The position numbers and the translations under genes are program-made. A DNA stretch of 64,000 nucleotides from Cyanobacteria bacterium J06626_4 (GTDB lineage: Bacteria; Cyanobacteriota; Cyanobacteriia; Phormidesmidales; Phormidesmidaceae): assembly GCA_038523235.1 (NCBI GenBank), contig JBCBJQ010000011.1, forward strand, positions 1 to 64,000, given 5' to 3'. The notes under the pieces are model-generated. The model saw only the letters and a program-made list of their open reading frames with translations. It was not told the DNA's origin and did no database searches. Positions 9,637 to 19,993 of the stretch are shown piece after piece (within the stretch, counting starts at the first letter, position 1; each line of letters begins with the position of its first letter).

Positions 9637-10632
9637 ATGGCGAACGTCTTAACCGGTACTGAAGTTCAAGAAATTTTGCAGGCGTGCCGAGCCCAGGGCG
9701 AAGTTGCCGATTATGTGGCGGGGGCAGAGCGATTTTTTGAGCTGCCCGCACAACTTGGGCGCGGTTACTGGCGCAAAATAGAGCTCCGTCCTGGTTTGCA
9801 GCTCAGCCTGAGTGACCTAGAAAAACGCCAGATTCATCGTCACCGCATTCGGCAACATCCCCAAACGATGCCGCTAACCTTTAGCTACTATCTGTCGGGG
9901 GGCTGCCGGGTAGAGAATGACGGCCTCAAAATGGCGCACGAAGAAGTTGCAGGTCATAGCTACCTTTATTGCTTACCCGCGACAGCCGAGGTTGAGCAGT
10001 ACCCCGTCGGGCAGCGAATTCTCCACCTGACGCTGAGGGTTCAGCCGGATCTATTGCCGGTGGTGAGCGATCGCCTGCACGAACTACCCACTGAGCTGCG
10101 CACCGCGATCGAGCAGCCTGAGCGGGCGATGCTTTATGCTACGGGCCACATCACCCCCGCGCAGCGGCAGGTGCTGAAGCAGATTTTTCACTGTACGTAC
10201 CAGGGCATCACGCGGCAGTTTTATCTAGAGGCCAAAGTCTTGGAACTGCTAGCGCTCCAGTTTGACCAAATGCTGTCGTCGCCCCAGTCGCCAGCGTTGG
10301 CAACCAATGACATTGATCGCATTTATCAAGCCCGTGAGATCTTAATCCGCGAGATGACTGGCCCGCCCTCGCTCACCGAGTTGGCCCGACAGGTGCAGCT
10401 TAACGAACGCAAACTCAAGGAAGGCTTTCGGCAGGTCTTTAAGACCACCGTTTTTGGCTATTTGCAGACATACCGGCTGCAGCAGGCTCGACAACTGCTA
10501 GAGGCTGGCAGCACCACCGTTCAAGCGACGGCCCACGATGTGGGCTACGCCAGTCGCAGCTCGTTTGTGGCCGCGTTCAAAAAGCAGTTTGGGGTGACGC
10601 CTAGCAGCTGTTGTCAGTCGTCCGGTCAGTAA
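9637..10632 (+). CDS. AraC-family (PchR-like) transcriptional regulator
   Basis: C-terminal double HTH: PPSLTELARQVQLNERKLKEGF...VGYASRSSFVAAFKKQFG. Confidence 0.9.
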   Translation: MANVLTGTEVQEILQACRAQGEVADYVAGAERFFELPAQLGRGYWRKIELRPGLQLSLSDLEKRQIHRHRIRQHPQTMPLTFSYYLSGGCRVENDGLKMAHEEVAGHSYLYCLPATAEVEQYPVGQRILHLTLRVQPDLLPVVSDRLHELPTELRTAIEQPERAMLYATGHITPAQRQVLKQIFHCTYQGITRQFYLEAKVLELLALQFDQMLSSPQSPALATNDIDRIYQAREILIREMTGPPSLTELARQVQLNERKLKEGFRQVFKTTVFGYLQTYRLQQARQLLEAGSTTVQATAHDVGYASRSSFVAAFKKQFGVTPSSCCQSSGQ

Positions 10633-10719
10633 GCGTTCAGAAAAGTCCGGCTGGAAGACACAGACAGTTCTTCTGAAAGACGCGATCGCCTTCAATCAAA
10701 CACATAACCACGCTACTTT

Positions 10720-10738
10720 ATCGAGAACAGTTCTTAAC
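10720..10738 (+). promoter_or_regulatory. Fur-like box upstream of TBDT1
   Basis: ATCGAGAACAGTTCTTAAC (13/18) directly after a TACTTT -10 candidate. Confidence 0.5.
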
Positions 10739-10785
10739 AAGTATTGGTTAACGCTGTTTTCACTATTTACTTGGCGTGTGGCGTG

Positions 10786-13368
10786 ATGAGAATTTGGCAA
10801 ACTTCAAAGTTGAGTTTATTGGCAGTTGGCCTGTGGTCGGCGGCGATCGCGGTGCCCGTAGGGGCCGCCGAGCCTGTAGCGCCAGCGCCCGTGCCCGATC
10901 TGGAAGCCGCCCCCACCGCGACCGATCGGTTGGCCCAAACTGCCGATGCCGTCGCGGTCATTACTGATGTGCAAATTGAGCCGACGCCTGAGGGCTTCAC
11001 GGTGGTACTCGTTTCTGATCAACCCCTGTCGACAGGTCCTTCTGAGGTCGTCGGCAATGCCCTGGTGACCGATATTCCCAACGCGACTTTGGCTCTCACG
11101 GACGAAGCTGCTGCTGAACAATTTAGTCCGGCTGAGGGGATTGCTTTAGTGCAGGTCACGCCCTTGCCGGATGGCGGCGTCCGGGTGGCCATTACGGGGA
11201 CGGATGCCCCGCCAACCGCACAGGTAAACCCTCAAGCCAACAATTTAGTCTTTAGCGTAGTGCCAGGCATCGCCTCAGCCGTGACCGAGGATGACCCCGA
11301 CGCCATTCAGGTGCTAGTTACCGCGACCCGAACGGAAGAATCGGTCTTAGATGTGCCGCGTTCGGTCACTGTGATTGACCGCGAAGAGATTCAGCAGCAG
11401 CGACAGCTGACGAGTAATTTGCCCGATATTCTAGGGCAATTGGTGCCGGGTTTAGGGCCGCCAACGCTGCAAAATAGAACGCGTAATTTTTCCTTGCGGG
11501 GACGGACAGCCCTAATTTTGATTGATGGCGTGCCCCAAAACCCCAATAGCGGCTTTGCGACGGAATTAAACACGATTGATCCAGACCTGGTAGAACGCAT
11601 TGAAATTGTGCGCGGTCCCAGTGCTGTTTACGGCGATGGGGCGACGGGCGGCATTATTAACATCATCACGCGGGCGGCGACGGAGGAAGAATTTGTGGTT
11701 GATGTGGCGGCCAGAACCAATGTGGGTCTGACGTCGATTGAAGAGGATAGTTTTGGCTACGGCGGGCAAATTGGCATCGCGGGCAATGATGGCCGGACCA
11801 ACTTGCGGGCCTCGCTATCCTATGACGTGACCAATGCTTTTTTTGATGCCAATGGCGATCGCATTCCGCCCAATGGTGTGGCCGATACTGACCGGATCGG
11901 TCTTTTAGTCAAACTGGGACATGCGTTTACCGACCAGCAACGGCTGGGACTGACCTATAGTTTTTACCGAGAAGACCTGGATAATACAACCTTTGCATCG
12001 GATCCCTCGATTCTCGGTATTCCCGGATTGCAGACGGCCCGAGCGATCGACATTGGGGAAATTGACTATGAGGAAGAGCCGCAGCAGACGAATCATGTGG
12101 TCAATCTGACTTATACCCATGAGGATCTGCTCAGCTCCCAGTTTGATGCTCAGCTCTACTATCGCGACACTGAGCTAGCACAGCGATTTAGAGATATTCG
12201 ACAGGTCGGACGACCGGACTTTCAGCCACAGCTATTCCAGACCACGCTAGATTCCTCAGAGTGGGGAGGGCGATTGCAGTTTGACACGGCGTTTAGCGAT
12301 CGCTTTAGCCTGCTGTGGGGGGCCGACTATGGCCAAGAAGAAAACGCGCGTCCGGTACGGATATTAGACATTCCCACTTTCGAGGCGACTAATACCCTCA
12401 ATGCGGTGGCGATCAGCAATCAGACCCCGACCTATGATTTAGAGACGCTAGGGCTGTTTGCCCAGGCCACTTGGCACATTAGCGAGCAGTGGCAGCTCAG
12501 TGGCGGGCTCCGCTATGACCGGTTTGACGTTGCGGTTGAAGATACCGTTCTGGCGTTTCGTCGTAACGTTGACGATATCCGCAGCGGTGGCGACATCGAT
12601 GCGGATGACGTGTCGTTTAATGCGGGGCTCATTTATAAGCCAGTGCCAGAGATTGGGCTGTTTGCGAGCTTTTCTCAGGGGTTCTCCATTCCTGATATTG
12701 GCCTGAGTGCCGGCACTCGGCTGCCCACTGATGTCGATATCAGTAGCGATATTGAGTTAGAGCCCCAGCAGGTGACTAATTTTGAAGTGGGGGTGCGGGC
12801 TGAATTTGAGCAGGTGCAGGCCAGCCTAGCCGGGTTTTATAACGAGTCGGATTTGGGCAGTAATTTGCAGGTGGGGCCGGATGGCTTTACTGATTTGGTG
12901 CGGGCACCGCAACGCAACTATGGGGTGGAGGCCACAGTTGATTGGCAGCCCAGTACGGCTTGGCGGCTCGGCGGTTACTTTAGCTGGAACGAGGGAGAGA
13001 GCGATACCAATGACGATGGTGAATTTTTGGCCTTGAGTGGCCTACAGGTGCAGCCCTATAAGGTGGGCTTGTATGTGGAAAATGACACCGCCCCTGGTTG
13101 GACGAACCGCCTGCAATTACTGGGCGTGGGCAGCCGCGATCGCGCCTTTGACGATGGCGTTGATGCGTTTGAAATCGATGGTTACGTGACGCTAGATTTG
13201 CTTAGCAGCGTCCAGCTAGGGGATGGCACACTGACAGTCGGCGTAAAAAATCTCCTCAACAACCAGTACCTCCCCCTCAGTTCTCAAGAACGGGTGCGCG
13301 GCACCGAAGATCGACGTTTTGCTGCGCCTGGCATCAATCTCAGTATTGGGTATTCCATCGAGTTTTAA
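10786..13368 (+). CDS. AMIN-domain TonB-dependent siderophore receptor
   Basis: Signal peptide, AMIN-like segment, plug (VTATRTEE, IEIVRGPSAVYG), barrel with NLLNNQY and terminal Phe. Confidence 0.92.
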   Translation: MRIWQTSKLSLLAVGLWSAAIAVPVGAAEPVAPAPVPDLEAAPTATDRLAQTADAVAVITDVQIEPTPEGFTVVLVSDQPLSTGPSEVVGNALVTDIPNATLALTDEAAAEQFSPAEGIALVQVTPLPDGGVRVAITGTDAPPTAQVNPQANNLVFSVVPGIASAVTEDDPDAIQVLVTATRTEESVLDVPRSVTVIDREEIQQQRQLTSNLPDILGQLVPGLGPPTLQNRTRNFSLRGRTALILIDGVPQNPNSGFATELNTIDPDLVERIEIVRGPSAVYGDGATGGIINIITRAATEEEFVVDVAARTNVGLTSIEEDSFGYGGQIGIAGNDGRTNLRASLSYDVTNAFFDANGDRIPPNGVADTDRIGLLVKLGHAFTDQQRLGLTYSFYREDLDNTTFASDPSILGIPGLQTARAIDIGEIDYEEEPQQTNHVVNLTYTHEDLLSSQFDAQLYYRDTELAQRFRDIRQVGRPDFQPQLFQTTLDSSEWGGRLQFDTAFSDRFSLLWGADYGQEENARPVRILDIPTFEATNTLNAVAISNQTPTYDLETLGLFAQATWHISEQWQLSGGLRYDRFDVAVEDTVLAFRRNVDDIRSGGDIDADDVSFNAGLIYKPVPEIGLFASFSQGFSIPDIGLSAGTRLPTDVDISSDIELEPQQVTNFEVGVRAEFEQVQASLAGFYNESDLGSNLQVGPDGFTDLVRAPQRNYGVEATVDWQPSTAWRLGGYFSWNEGESDTNDDGEFLALSGLQVQPYKVGLYVENDTAPGWTNRLQLLGVGSRDRAFDDGVDAFEIDGYVTLDLLSSVQLGDGTLTVGVKNLLNNQYLPLSSQERVRGTEDRRFAAPGINLSIGYSIEF

Positions 13369-13371
13369 CCG

Positions 13372-14319
13372 ATGTTCGATTCAAGTTATCGCGGCACGAT
13401 TATCTGGTTAGCACTGACTGTACTGCTAACGGGGTGTCAGTCTGATGCCGGGGTGTCACCAGACACGATTCCCGGTCGCACCAGTCGCACCATTGAACAT
13501 GCGATGGGAAGCGTCGAGGTCCCGGTCTCTCCCCAACGGGTCGTTGTCCTCGATACGGCTCCCCTCGATGCGGCCCTAGCGCTAGGCGTCAAGCCCGTGG
13601 GCACCATTGTTTATCGCCAGTCCCCCGACTACTTGGGCGATCGCACCGAGGGGATTGAAATTATTGGCGATGGTAATAAGCCCAATCTAGAAGCCGTCTT
13701 AAACCTGCAGCCAGACCTGATTCTCGGGTCAAAAATTGGGGCTGGCGAACTCTATCCCCAGCTCTCTCAAATTGCGCCCACCGTCTTGACAGAGGGGAGC
13801 GGGCGAGCCGGTGACTGGTCAGAAAACTTGCAGCTCTATGCCGAGGCCTTGGGCAAATCAACCGCAGCAGAGCAGTTGTTAGCGGATTATCGACAACGCG
13901 TGCAGCAACTGCAAGCCGCCATCGATCAGCCACAGGCGTTGGAAATTTCGGTGGTGATCGTTCCTCAAGATATCGTTAGAGCATTCACAACGGGTAGCTT
14001 TTCGGGGTCGGTGCTGCAAGATATTGGTTTCTCTAGAACTCCCGCTCAAGATGATCCCGACGGGTATGTCGCCCGATTATCGGCCGAATCTTTAGAGGCC
14101 CTCGATGGCGATTATGTTTTTCTCATTTACTCCACCTATCGACCGGGGGGAACCGCAAAAGCAGCGTTTGTAACTCACCCAATTTGGTCGCAGCTGCAGG
14201 CTGTGCAGCAAGATCGCGTGTGTCAAGTTGACGGCGCCGTTTGGATTACCGGTCGCAGCATTTTGGCCGCCAATCAGATTTTGACCGATGTCGAAGCGTG
14301 CATCACTCCAGCCAATTAA
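13372..14319 (+). CDS. Iron-siderophore ABC transporter substrate-binding lipoprotein (FecB/FhuD-like)
   Basis: Lipobox LLTGC, HAMG, PQRVVVLD, PNLEAVLNLQPDLI and LSQIAPTV. Confidence 0.9.
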   Translation: MFDSSYRGTIIWLALTVLLTGCQSDAGVSPDTIPGRTSRTIEHAMGSVEVPVSPQRVVVLDTAPLDAALALGVKPVGTIVYRQSPDYLGDRTEGIEIIGDGNKPNLEAVLNLQPDLILGSKIGAGELYPQLSQIAPTVLTEGSGRAGDWSENLQLYAEALGKSTAAEQLLADYRQRVQQLQAAIDQPQALEISVVIVPQDIVRAFTTGSFSGSVLQDIGFSRTPAQDDPDGYVARLSAESLEALDGDYVFLIYSTYRPGGTAKAAFVTHPIWSQLQAVQQDRVCQVDGAVWITGRSILAANQILTDVEACITPAN

Positions 14320-14527
14320 GCGGTGGCAATAGCGATCGCCCTCCAACATCAACAAACGCCCAGGCCTCTGGAATTCTTCACCAACTCAGGAAATTAGTGG
14401 GTTTAAGTTAACGAGAGATCACTCCTCAACCCACTAAACACCTCTTCCTGCTTTGGCGTAACCAACATCGATCATCCACACTGATCGCCTTCCCAGTTGA
14501 GGATTACTAGCGTGAATGTCTTATGAA

Positions 14528-14546
14528 ATTGAGAATTATTCTTAGT
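14528..14546 (+). promoter_or_regulatory. Fur-like box upstream of araC2
   Basis: ATTGAGAATTATTCTTAGT (16/18), followed by a CATACT -10 candidate. Confidence 0.7.
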
Positions 14547-14584
14547 AGTGCCATACTGAATCAACGTTTTGCGGCTGTATTGGC

Positions 14585-15574
14585 ATGGCAAAGGTCTTGA
14601 CGGGCGCTGACATTGACGAAATTGTGGCTGAATGTCGCGCCAACGGCGAAATCTCAGAATATAGCGCAGGCCCGGAAAGTTTCTGGCAGATGCCGTCGCC
14701 GTTAGGCTGGGGATACGGGCGTCATCTGCAGTTGCGCCCTGGCCTCTGGCTCACCGTGGGTAATTATCAAAAGCGCCAAGCCCACATCTACAAGGGGCCA
14801 CATCGACAGACCATGCCCCTGACCTTCGCGTTTTATCTGTCTGGCGGGATGCGGGTGGACAACTCGGGGCTGACCACCCCCCAGGAAGAAGTGGCGGGCA
14901 AAAGTTATCTGCATTGCCTGCCCAATACCTTTGAAACCGAAGAATATCCGGCGGCACAGCATACTTGCGCCGTTTGGATTCGGGTTTTGCCCGAGCTGAT
15001 GCCAACATTGAGCGATCGCGTGCAGGAACTGCCCACCCACCTCCGGCAGGCGATCGAGCATCCAGAGCAAGCCTCCCTTTACTATCCCACCGCGATCACC
15101 CCAGCCCAGCAGCACGTCTTGCAACAAATCGTGCAATGGCCCTATCAGGGCATCACGCGCCAGTTATATCTCGAAGGCAAAGTTCTGGAGCTGCTGGCGC
15201 TGCAGTTTGATCAAATGCTGGCTCCGCGGGCCAGCAAATCTTTGCTGACCGGCGATATTGACCGGATTTACCAAGCCCGCGATATCTTGATCCAAAATAT
15301 GACCCATCCCCCCTCTTTGTCCGAATTAGCCAAACAAGTTCAGCTCAACGAGCGCAAACTAAAAGAAGGGTTTCACCAGGTGTTTGACACGACTGTCTTT
15401 GGTTACCTGCACAATCACCGCATGGAGCAAGCTCGATATCTGCTGCAAACCGGGCAGCTCAACATTCAAGAAACGGCCCGCTGGGTCGGGTATGCCAGTC
15501 GCAGTTCCTTTGTGGTGGCCTTTAAGAAAAAGTTTCAGGCGGTGCCGAGTCAGTACCTCAAAGGGGCTGGCTAA
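14585..15574 (+). CDS. AraC-family (PchR-like) transcriptional regulator, paralogue of 9637-10632
   Basis: Same HTH motifs and clear similarity over the full length. Confidence 0.9.
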   Translation: MAKVLTGADIDEIVAECRANGEISEYSAGPESFWQMPSPLGWGYGRHLQLRPGLWLTVGNYQKRQAHIYKGPHRQTMPLTFAFYLSGGMRVDNSGLTTPQEEVAGKSYLHCLPNTFETEEYPAAQHTCAVWIRVLPELMPTLSDRVQELPTHLRQAIEHPEQASLYYPTAITPAQQHVLQQIVQWPYQGITRQLYLEGKVLELLALQFDQMLAPRASKSLLTGDIDRIYQARDILIQNMTHPPSLSELAKQVQLNERKLKEGFHQVFDTTVFGYLHNHRMEQARYLLQTGQLNIQETARWVGYASRSSFVVAFKKKFQAVPSQYLKGAG

Positions 15575-15664
15575 ACGAAACGGTGAGAGAAAGTCCCGCA
15601 ATGAAACAGAATAGTCCCGCTAAAGCACACACCTCGCTTAATCTCAGCCCACAAAGCTCGTACT

Positions 15665-15683
15665 ATTGAGACCAATTCTTAAA
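15665..15683 (+). promoter_or_regulatory. Fur-like box upstream of TBDT2
   Basis: ATTGAGACCAATTCTTAAA (14/18) overlapping a TACTAT -10 candidate. Confidence 0.55.
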
Positions 15684-15788
15684 TAAGATGCCCTCTTGAA
15701 TAAGCTGAGGCGCTTTGACGAATCCCCCATTGGACTGACCCCGTTCCCCAAACTGGGTTGCTCCAGAAAAGTTTAGGTGTGAGGAAGC

Positions 15789-18572
15789 ATGACAACGCAA
15801 ATTAAGCTGGTTGGCTACAGTACGTTAGCCAGTCTGGTTTTGGCTGGAATCCATTATCCAGCCGAGGCACAAGTCTCAGATTCAGCGGCTCAATCAGGAG
15901 ACCCAGAAACTGCCTTGGCTGGGACGATCGCGGATGGTAGCCCAGCTGATTCAACTCTGACGCCCCTGTCCTCGCTCACACTCACACCCACAGAATACCG
16001 GGAGATCGAGGCTGTCTCCGCTATTGAGGTAACCGCCCCCCGACTCGAAGACATTGCGGTAGAGGCTGCTGCTCTAGGTGACGTGCCGATGGCACCGTCA
16101 GAGTTGCCCGTCGAGCAAACCGCCCAAGGGGAAACAGCCGTCATTACCGATGTGCAAATCAGCCCCACTCCCGAAGGGCTCAGCCTGATTTTGGTCTCTG
16201 AGCAGCCGCTATCCGCTGGTCCAGCCCAGATATCGGGCAATGCGGTGGTAACGGAAATCGCCAATGCCACGTTGGCGCTGACAGATGAGGCGGCGGCTCA
16301 GCAGTTTGCCCCGGCTGAGGGCATTGCCCTGGTGCAGGTATCGGCGCTGGCCAATGGCAATGTGCAGGTGGCGATTACGGGCACGGATGCCCCGCCTGAG
16401 ATTCAGGTGAGTGGTGATGCGGGCAGTGGGGTCTTTACGGTGGTGCCAGGCGTCGCAGCAGCACAAGCTGTAGACCCCGATGCGATTCAAGTGGTGGTGA
16501 CGGCGACGCGAACAGAAGAAAATATATTAGACGTGCCGCGATCGGTGACGGTGATTGAGCGCGAGCAAATCGAGCAGCAGCTTTCTCTAACGAATAACCT
16601 GGCCGATCTCTTGGGCAAGTTGGTGCCCGGCTTAGCCCCGCCGTCTTTTACAAACTCGACCTCTGAGCTGGAATTGCGGGGCCGACCCATTGCGGTGCTG
16701 ATCGATGGCGTGCCCCAAACCCCTAACAGCAATGGCAACGCGGCAGATTTAAGAATTATCGATCCGGCTTTGGTCGAGCGCATTGAGGTGCTGCGGGGGC
16801 CGAGTGCGATTTACGGTGATGGTGGCACGGGCGGCATTATCAACATCATTACGCGAGCCCCTGCCGAAGAGACGGTGGTTTACACCTTGAGTGCTGGGGT
16901 GGATACGAGCCTGACCGCCTTTGGCGGCGACAGCGTGGGCTACAGCGTTCAACTGGGAGCCTCCGGCACGGACGGCCCCGTCGAAGGGCTGTTGTCGCTG
17001 TCATACGATGTGGTGAATAGTCAGTATGATGCCGAGGGCGATCGCATCATCCCCACCAATGTCAGCGACACGAGTCGGTTGGGCCTGCTCGCCAAGTTGG
17101 CCTACAACTTTGATGAACAGCAGCGGGTGGGACTCACCTACAGCTTTTATCGCGATCGCTTAGACACCGATTTTATCCCCGATGAAAGCATTACCCAAAT
17201 TCCGGGGTTGCAAAAGGGTCGGGCCTTGCGGGTCGGCTCCTTTGACTATGAAGACGAGCCGCAACAGACTAATCAGGTGGTCAACCTCACCTATCGACAC
17301 GCTGATTTGCTCGGTTCCGCATTAGACGTACAGCTTTACTATCGCGATCGCGAATTGATTCAGCGCTTTACCGATCTGCGACTGAACCCGATCAGTGCGC
17401 TGCCCCTCCTCGATCCATTTCCTGATGTTTGGCAAACCGGGCTGGACTCTACCGAATGGGGGGGCCGCTTACAAATGGATACGCCCTTGGGCAATGCGGC
17501 TAGCCTGCTGTGGGGCGTCGATTATTCCAATGAACGCAACAATCGACCGCTTCGGGTGTCTGATAATGCGGCTTTTGATGCTAATCAAGAACTCAACATT
17601 ATTGATGACACCTTGACCCAGGGGGGACCTTACACCCTAGAGAGTGTGGGCCTGTTTACCCAAGGGCGTTGGGACATTACCGAGCAGTGGCAGATTAGTG
17701 GCGGCCTGCGCTACGAAAATTTTGACGTGGCGGTCGAAGATTATCGCCTGGCCTTTGTCACCACGCCCAATCTGCCCCGTGAACGGCAGGGCGGCGAGAA
17801 CAGTTTTGATGATGTGGCCTTTAATGCCGGGCTGATCTATCGGCCAGTTCCCGAGATTGGTCTGTTTGCTAACTTTGCTCAAGGCTTTTCGATTCCCGAT
17901 GTGGGGGGCGTGCTCGGGGCAGTGAACTCCACTTTTGACATCAACAGCGATTTGCTGCTCGAACCGCAAAAAGTGGACAACTACGAAGTGGGCATTCGTG
18001 CTGACTTGGGTCAAGTGCAACTGACACTGACGGGCTTCTACAACGAATCAGATCTGGGCAACAGCCTGGTCTTTGATGACAACGGTTTAGTGACGCTCGT
18101 GCGAGCCCCACAGCGTAACTATGGGGTAGAGGCCACCGCCGACTGGCAACCTAGCGATACCTGGCGTTTGGGCGGCCTATTTAGTTGGAACGAGGGCGAA
18201 AATGACGTAGATGATGATGGCGACTTTGACGCTTTGAGTGGTTTAGATGTGCAACCCTTCAAAGTCGGGCTGTATGTGGAGAATGACACCACTCCTGGCT
18301 GGACCAACCGCCTGGAACTGCTGGGCGTGGGCGGGCGCGATCGCGCCTTTGATGACGGTGTGGATGACTTCACGGTGGATGGCTACGTCACCTTAGATCT
18401 GCTCAGCAGCCTGCAGGTCGGCGGTGGGCAACTGACCCTCGGCATTAGCAACCTGTTGAACAACCAGTACTTACCGGCGGGCACCCAAGTGCTCGCATCC
18501 CCCGGTGTCGAGGCGCGGCGGGCGGCGGCACCGAGCACCACCCTCAGTGTGCGCTACTCCATTGACTTTTAG
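15789..18572 (+). CDS. AMIN-domain TonB-dependent siderophore receptor
   Basis: Signal peptide, AMIN, VTATRTEE, IEVLRGPSAIYG and terminal YSIDF; GAGG RBS. Confidence 0.92.
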   Translation: MTTQIKLVGYSTLASLVLAGIHYPAEAQVSDSAAQSGDPETALAGTIADGSPADSTLTPLSSLTLTPTEYREIEAVSAIEVTAPRLEDIAVEAAALGDVPMAPSELPVEQTAQGETAVITDVQISPTPEGLSLILVSEQPLSAGPAQISGNAVVTEIANATLALTDEAAAQQFAPAEGIALVQVSALANGNVQVAITGTDAPPEIQVSGDAGSGVFTVVPGVAAAQAVDPDAIQVVVTATRTEENILDVPRSVTVIEREQIEQQLSLTNNLADLLGKLVPGLAPPSFTNSTSELELRGRPIAVLIDGVPQTPNSNGNAADLRIIDPALVERIEVLRGPSAIYGDGGTGGIINIITRAPAEETVVYTLSAGVDTSLTAFGGDSVGYSVQLGASGTDGPVEGLLSLSYDVVNSQYDAEGDRIIPTNVSDTSRLGLLAKLAYNFDEQQRVGLTYSFYRDRLDTDFIPDESITQIPGLQKGRALRVGSFDYEDEPQQTNQVVNLTYRHADLLGSALDVQLYYRDRELIQRFTDLRLNPISALPLLDPFPDVWQTGLDSTEWGGRLQMDTPLGNAASLLWGVDYSNERNNRPLRVSDNAAFDANQELNIIDDTLTQGGPYTLESVGLFTQGRWDITEQWQISGGLRYENFDVAVEDYRLAFVTTPNLPRERQGGENSFDDVAFNAGLIYRPVPEIGLFANFAQGFSIPDVGGVLGAVNSTFDINSDLLLEPQKVDNYEVGIRADLGQVQLTLTGFYNESDLGNSLVFDDNGLVTLVRAPQRNYGVEATADWQPSDTWRLGGLFSWNEGENDVDDDGDFDALSGLDVQPFKVGLYVENDTTPGWTNRLELLGVGGRDRAFDDGVDDFTVDGYVTLDLLSSLQVGGGQLTLGISNLLNNQYLPAGTQVLASPGVEARRAAAPSTTLSVRYSIDF

Positions 18573-18576
18573 CCCG

Positions 18577-19542
18577 ATGACTCAAGCCCTTTATACCCGC
18601 ACCCTCGGCTTTCTGATTGGTCTACTGTTGGCCAGCTGTCAGCCCCAGTCTGTGACTCCGCCTGTCATCGATCCGACGGTCCCCAACCGATCCGTCGAGC
18701 ACGTCATGGGCACGACCCAAGTGCCGCGATCGCCCGAACGGGTGGTGGTGATTGATACGACGCCGCTAGATGCGGCCTTGGCCTTAGGGATTCAGCCGGT
18801 GGGCACCATTCGCTATGGGGCACCACCGGGATATTTGGAGGATGCGGTTCAGGACATTGAAGTCGTGGGCGAATACAACCAGCCCAACTTAGAAACGATT
18901 TTGCGGCTGGAACCGGACTTGATTCTGGGAGCCAAAAGCATCTCAGAACGGCTGTATCCAAGGCTGTCTCAAATTGCCCCCACGGTTTTCATCCAGGGGT
19001 TCGGTCGCAATTGGGACTGGAAAAATAACTTTCGCATCTTTGCAGAGGCGCTCGGGCGATCGGAGCAGGCTGAGAAACTTTTAGCCGACTATCAACAGCA
19101 GTTGACGGCACTCAAGTCATCCCTCGAGCCGCTGCCAGAAACCATCACCGTCTCGGTACTATCGTCCACCCCCAGAGGATTGGTCGGCAGCACGCCCAAA
19201 AGCTTTTCGGGCTCGATTCTCCAAGAGCTGGGGTTTGCCCGCAACGCCACTCAAGCGATCGAAGACGAATCTTTCGTCAGGCTCTCTCGCGAAGATTTAG
19301 CCGGCCCAGACGGCGATGTGATTTTTTTGATTCATAACGCCGCTTGGAGAAATGCCTCTAAAGAGACGTTTATGAATGACCGATTGTGGTCGCAGTTAGA
19401 GGCCGTGCAGCAAGATGCCGTTTGTGAAGTGGCGGGTGATGTCTGGAGTTCAGGGCGCAGCCTCTTGGCCGCGCAGCAGATTTTGCAAGATATTCAGGCC
19501 TGTTTGGCCCGCACCTTTCCTAAGACAGAAGCGGCAGAATAG
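18577..19542 (+). CDS. Iron-siderophore ABC transporter substrate-binding lipoprotein (FecB/FhuD-like)
   Basis: Lipobox LLASC, HVMG, PERVVVID and PNLETILRLEPDLI. Confidence 0.9.
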   Translation: MTQALYTRTLGFLIGLLLASCQPQSVTPPVIDPTVPNRSVEHVMGTTQVPRSPERVVVIDTTPLDAALALGIQPVGTIRYGAPPGYLEDAVQDIEVVGEYNQPNLETILRLEPDLILGAKSISERLYPRLSQIAPTVFIQGFGRNWDWKNNFRIFAEALGRSEQAEKLLADYQQQLTALKSSLEPLPETITVSVLSSTPRGLVGSTPKSFSGSILQELGFARNATQAIEDESFVRLSREDLAGPDGDVIFLIHNAAWRNASKETFMNDRLWSQLEAVQQDAVCEVAGDVWSSGRSLLAAQQILQDIQACLARTFPKTEAAE

Positions 19543-19884
19543 CCGACAAAACTTGCTGATCCGCCTTTACGGCAATCATCATCAGTATGAAACGTTAGGC
19601 TGGTGTATCAATATCTCTGAAACTGGATTGCAGCTCTTTCTTACGACTCTACTCAAGGGATGTCGGCTGAGAGGAGTCGTAAGCCTGACGGGCAGGCCAG
19701 GCCGACATGCCGTGTCTCCTGCTGAGAGAAAGCCAACTTGTCTGAGCTGTAATTTGTCGGACTGATATTAGCTTCAATCTGATCCTGTGCGCATCAGCAA
19801 AGTGGCTTCGCAGTCTGGTCCTCACCGGACTAGCGACTGCTACAAGAGATTTTTTATTGACAGCTTTTAGCAAAAACCCTCAAT

Positions 19885-19907
19885 AAAAAACGCTCCTGAA
19901 AAACAGG
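19885..19907 (-). terminator. Rho-independent terminator for the 78-aa peptide gene
   Basis: Minus strand ACGCTCCTG-TTTTT-CAGGAGCGT followed by a T run. Confidence 0.75.
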
Positions 19908-19993
19908 AGCGTCGTGGGTGTGGTGTAAAAAGGGACGTTGTTAATTCAACGTCAGGGAACACAGCTGTTAATGGATGCCCAAGTTAATGATCT

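Noticed and set aside
19543..19884. ORFs 19415-19765 and 19649-19873
   Set aside because: No motifs; the region lies between convergent genes and could not be assigned.
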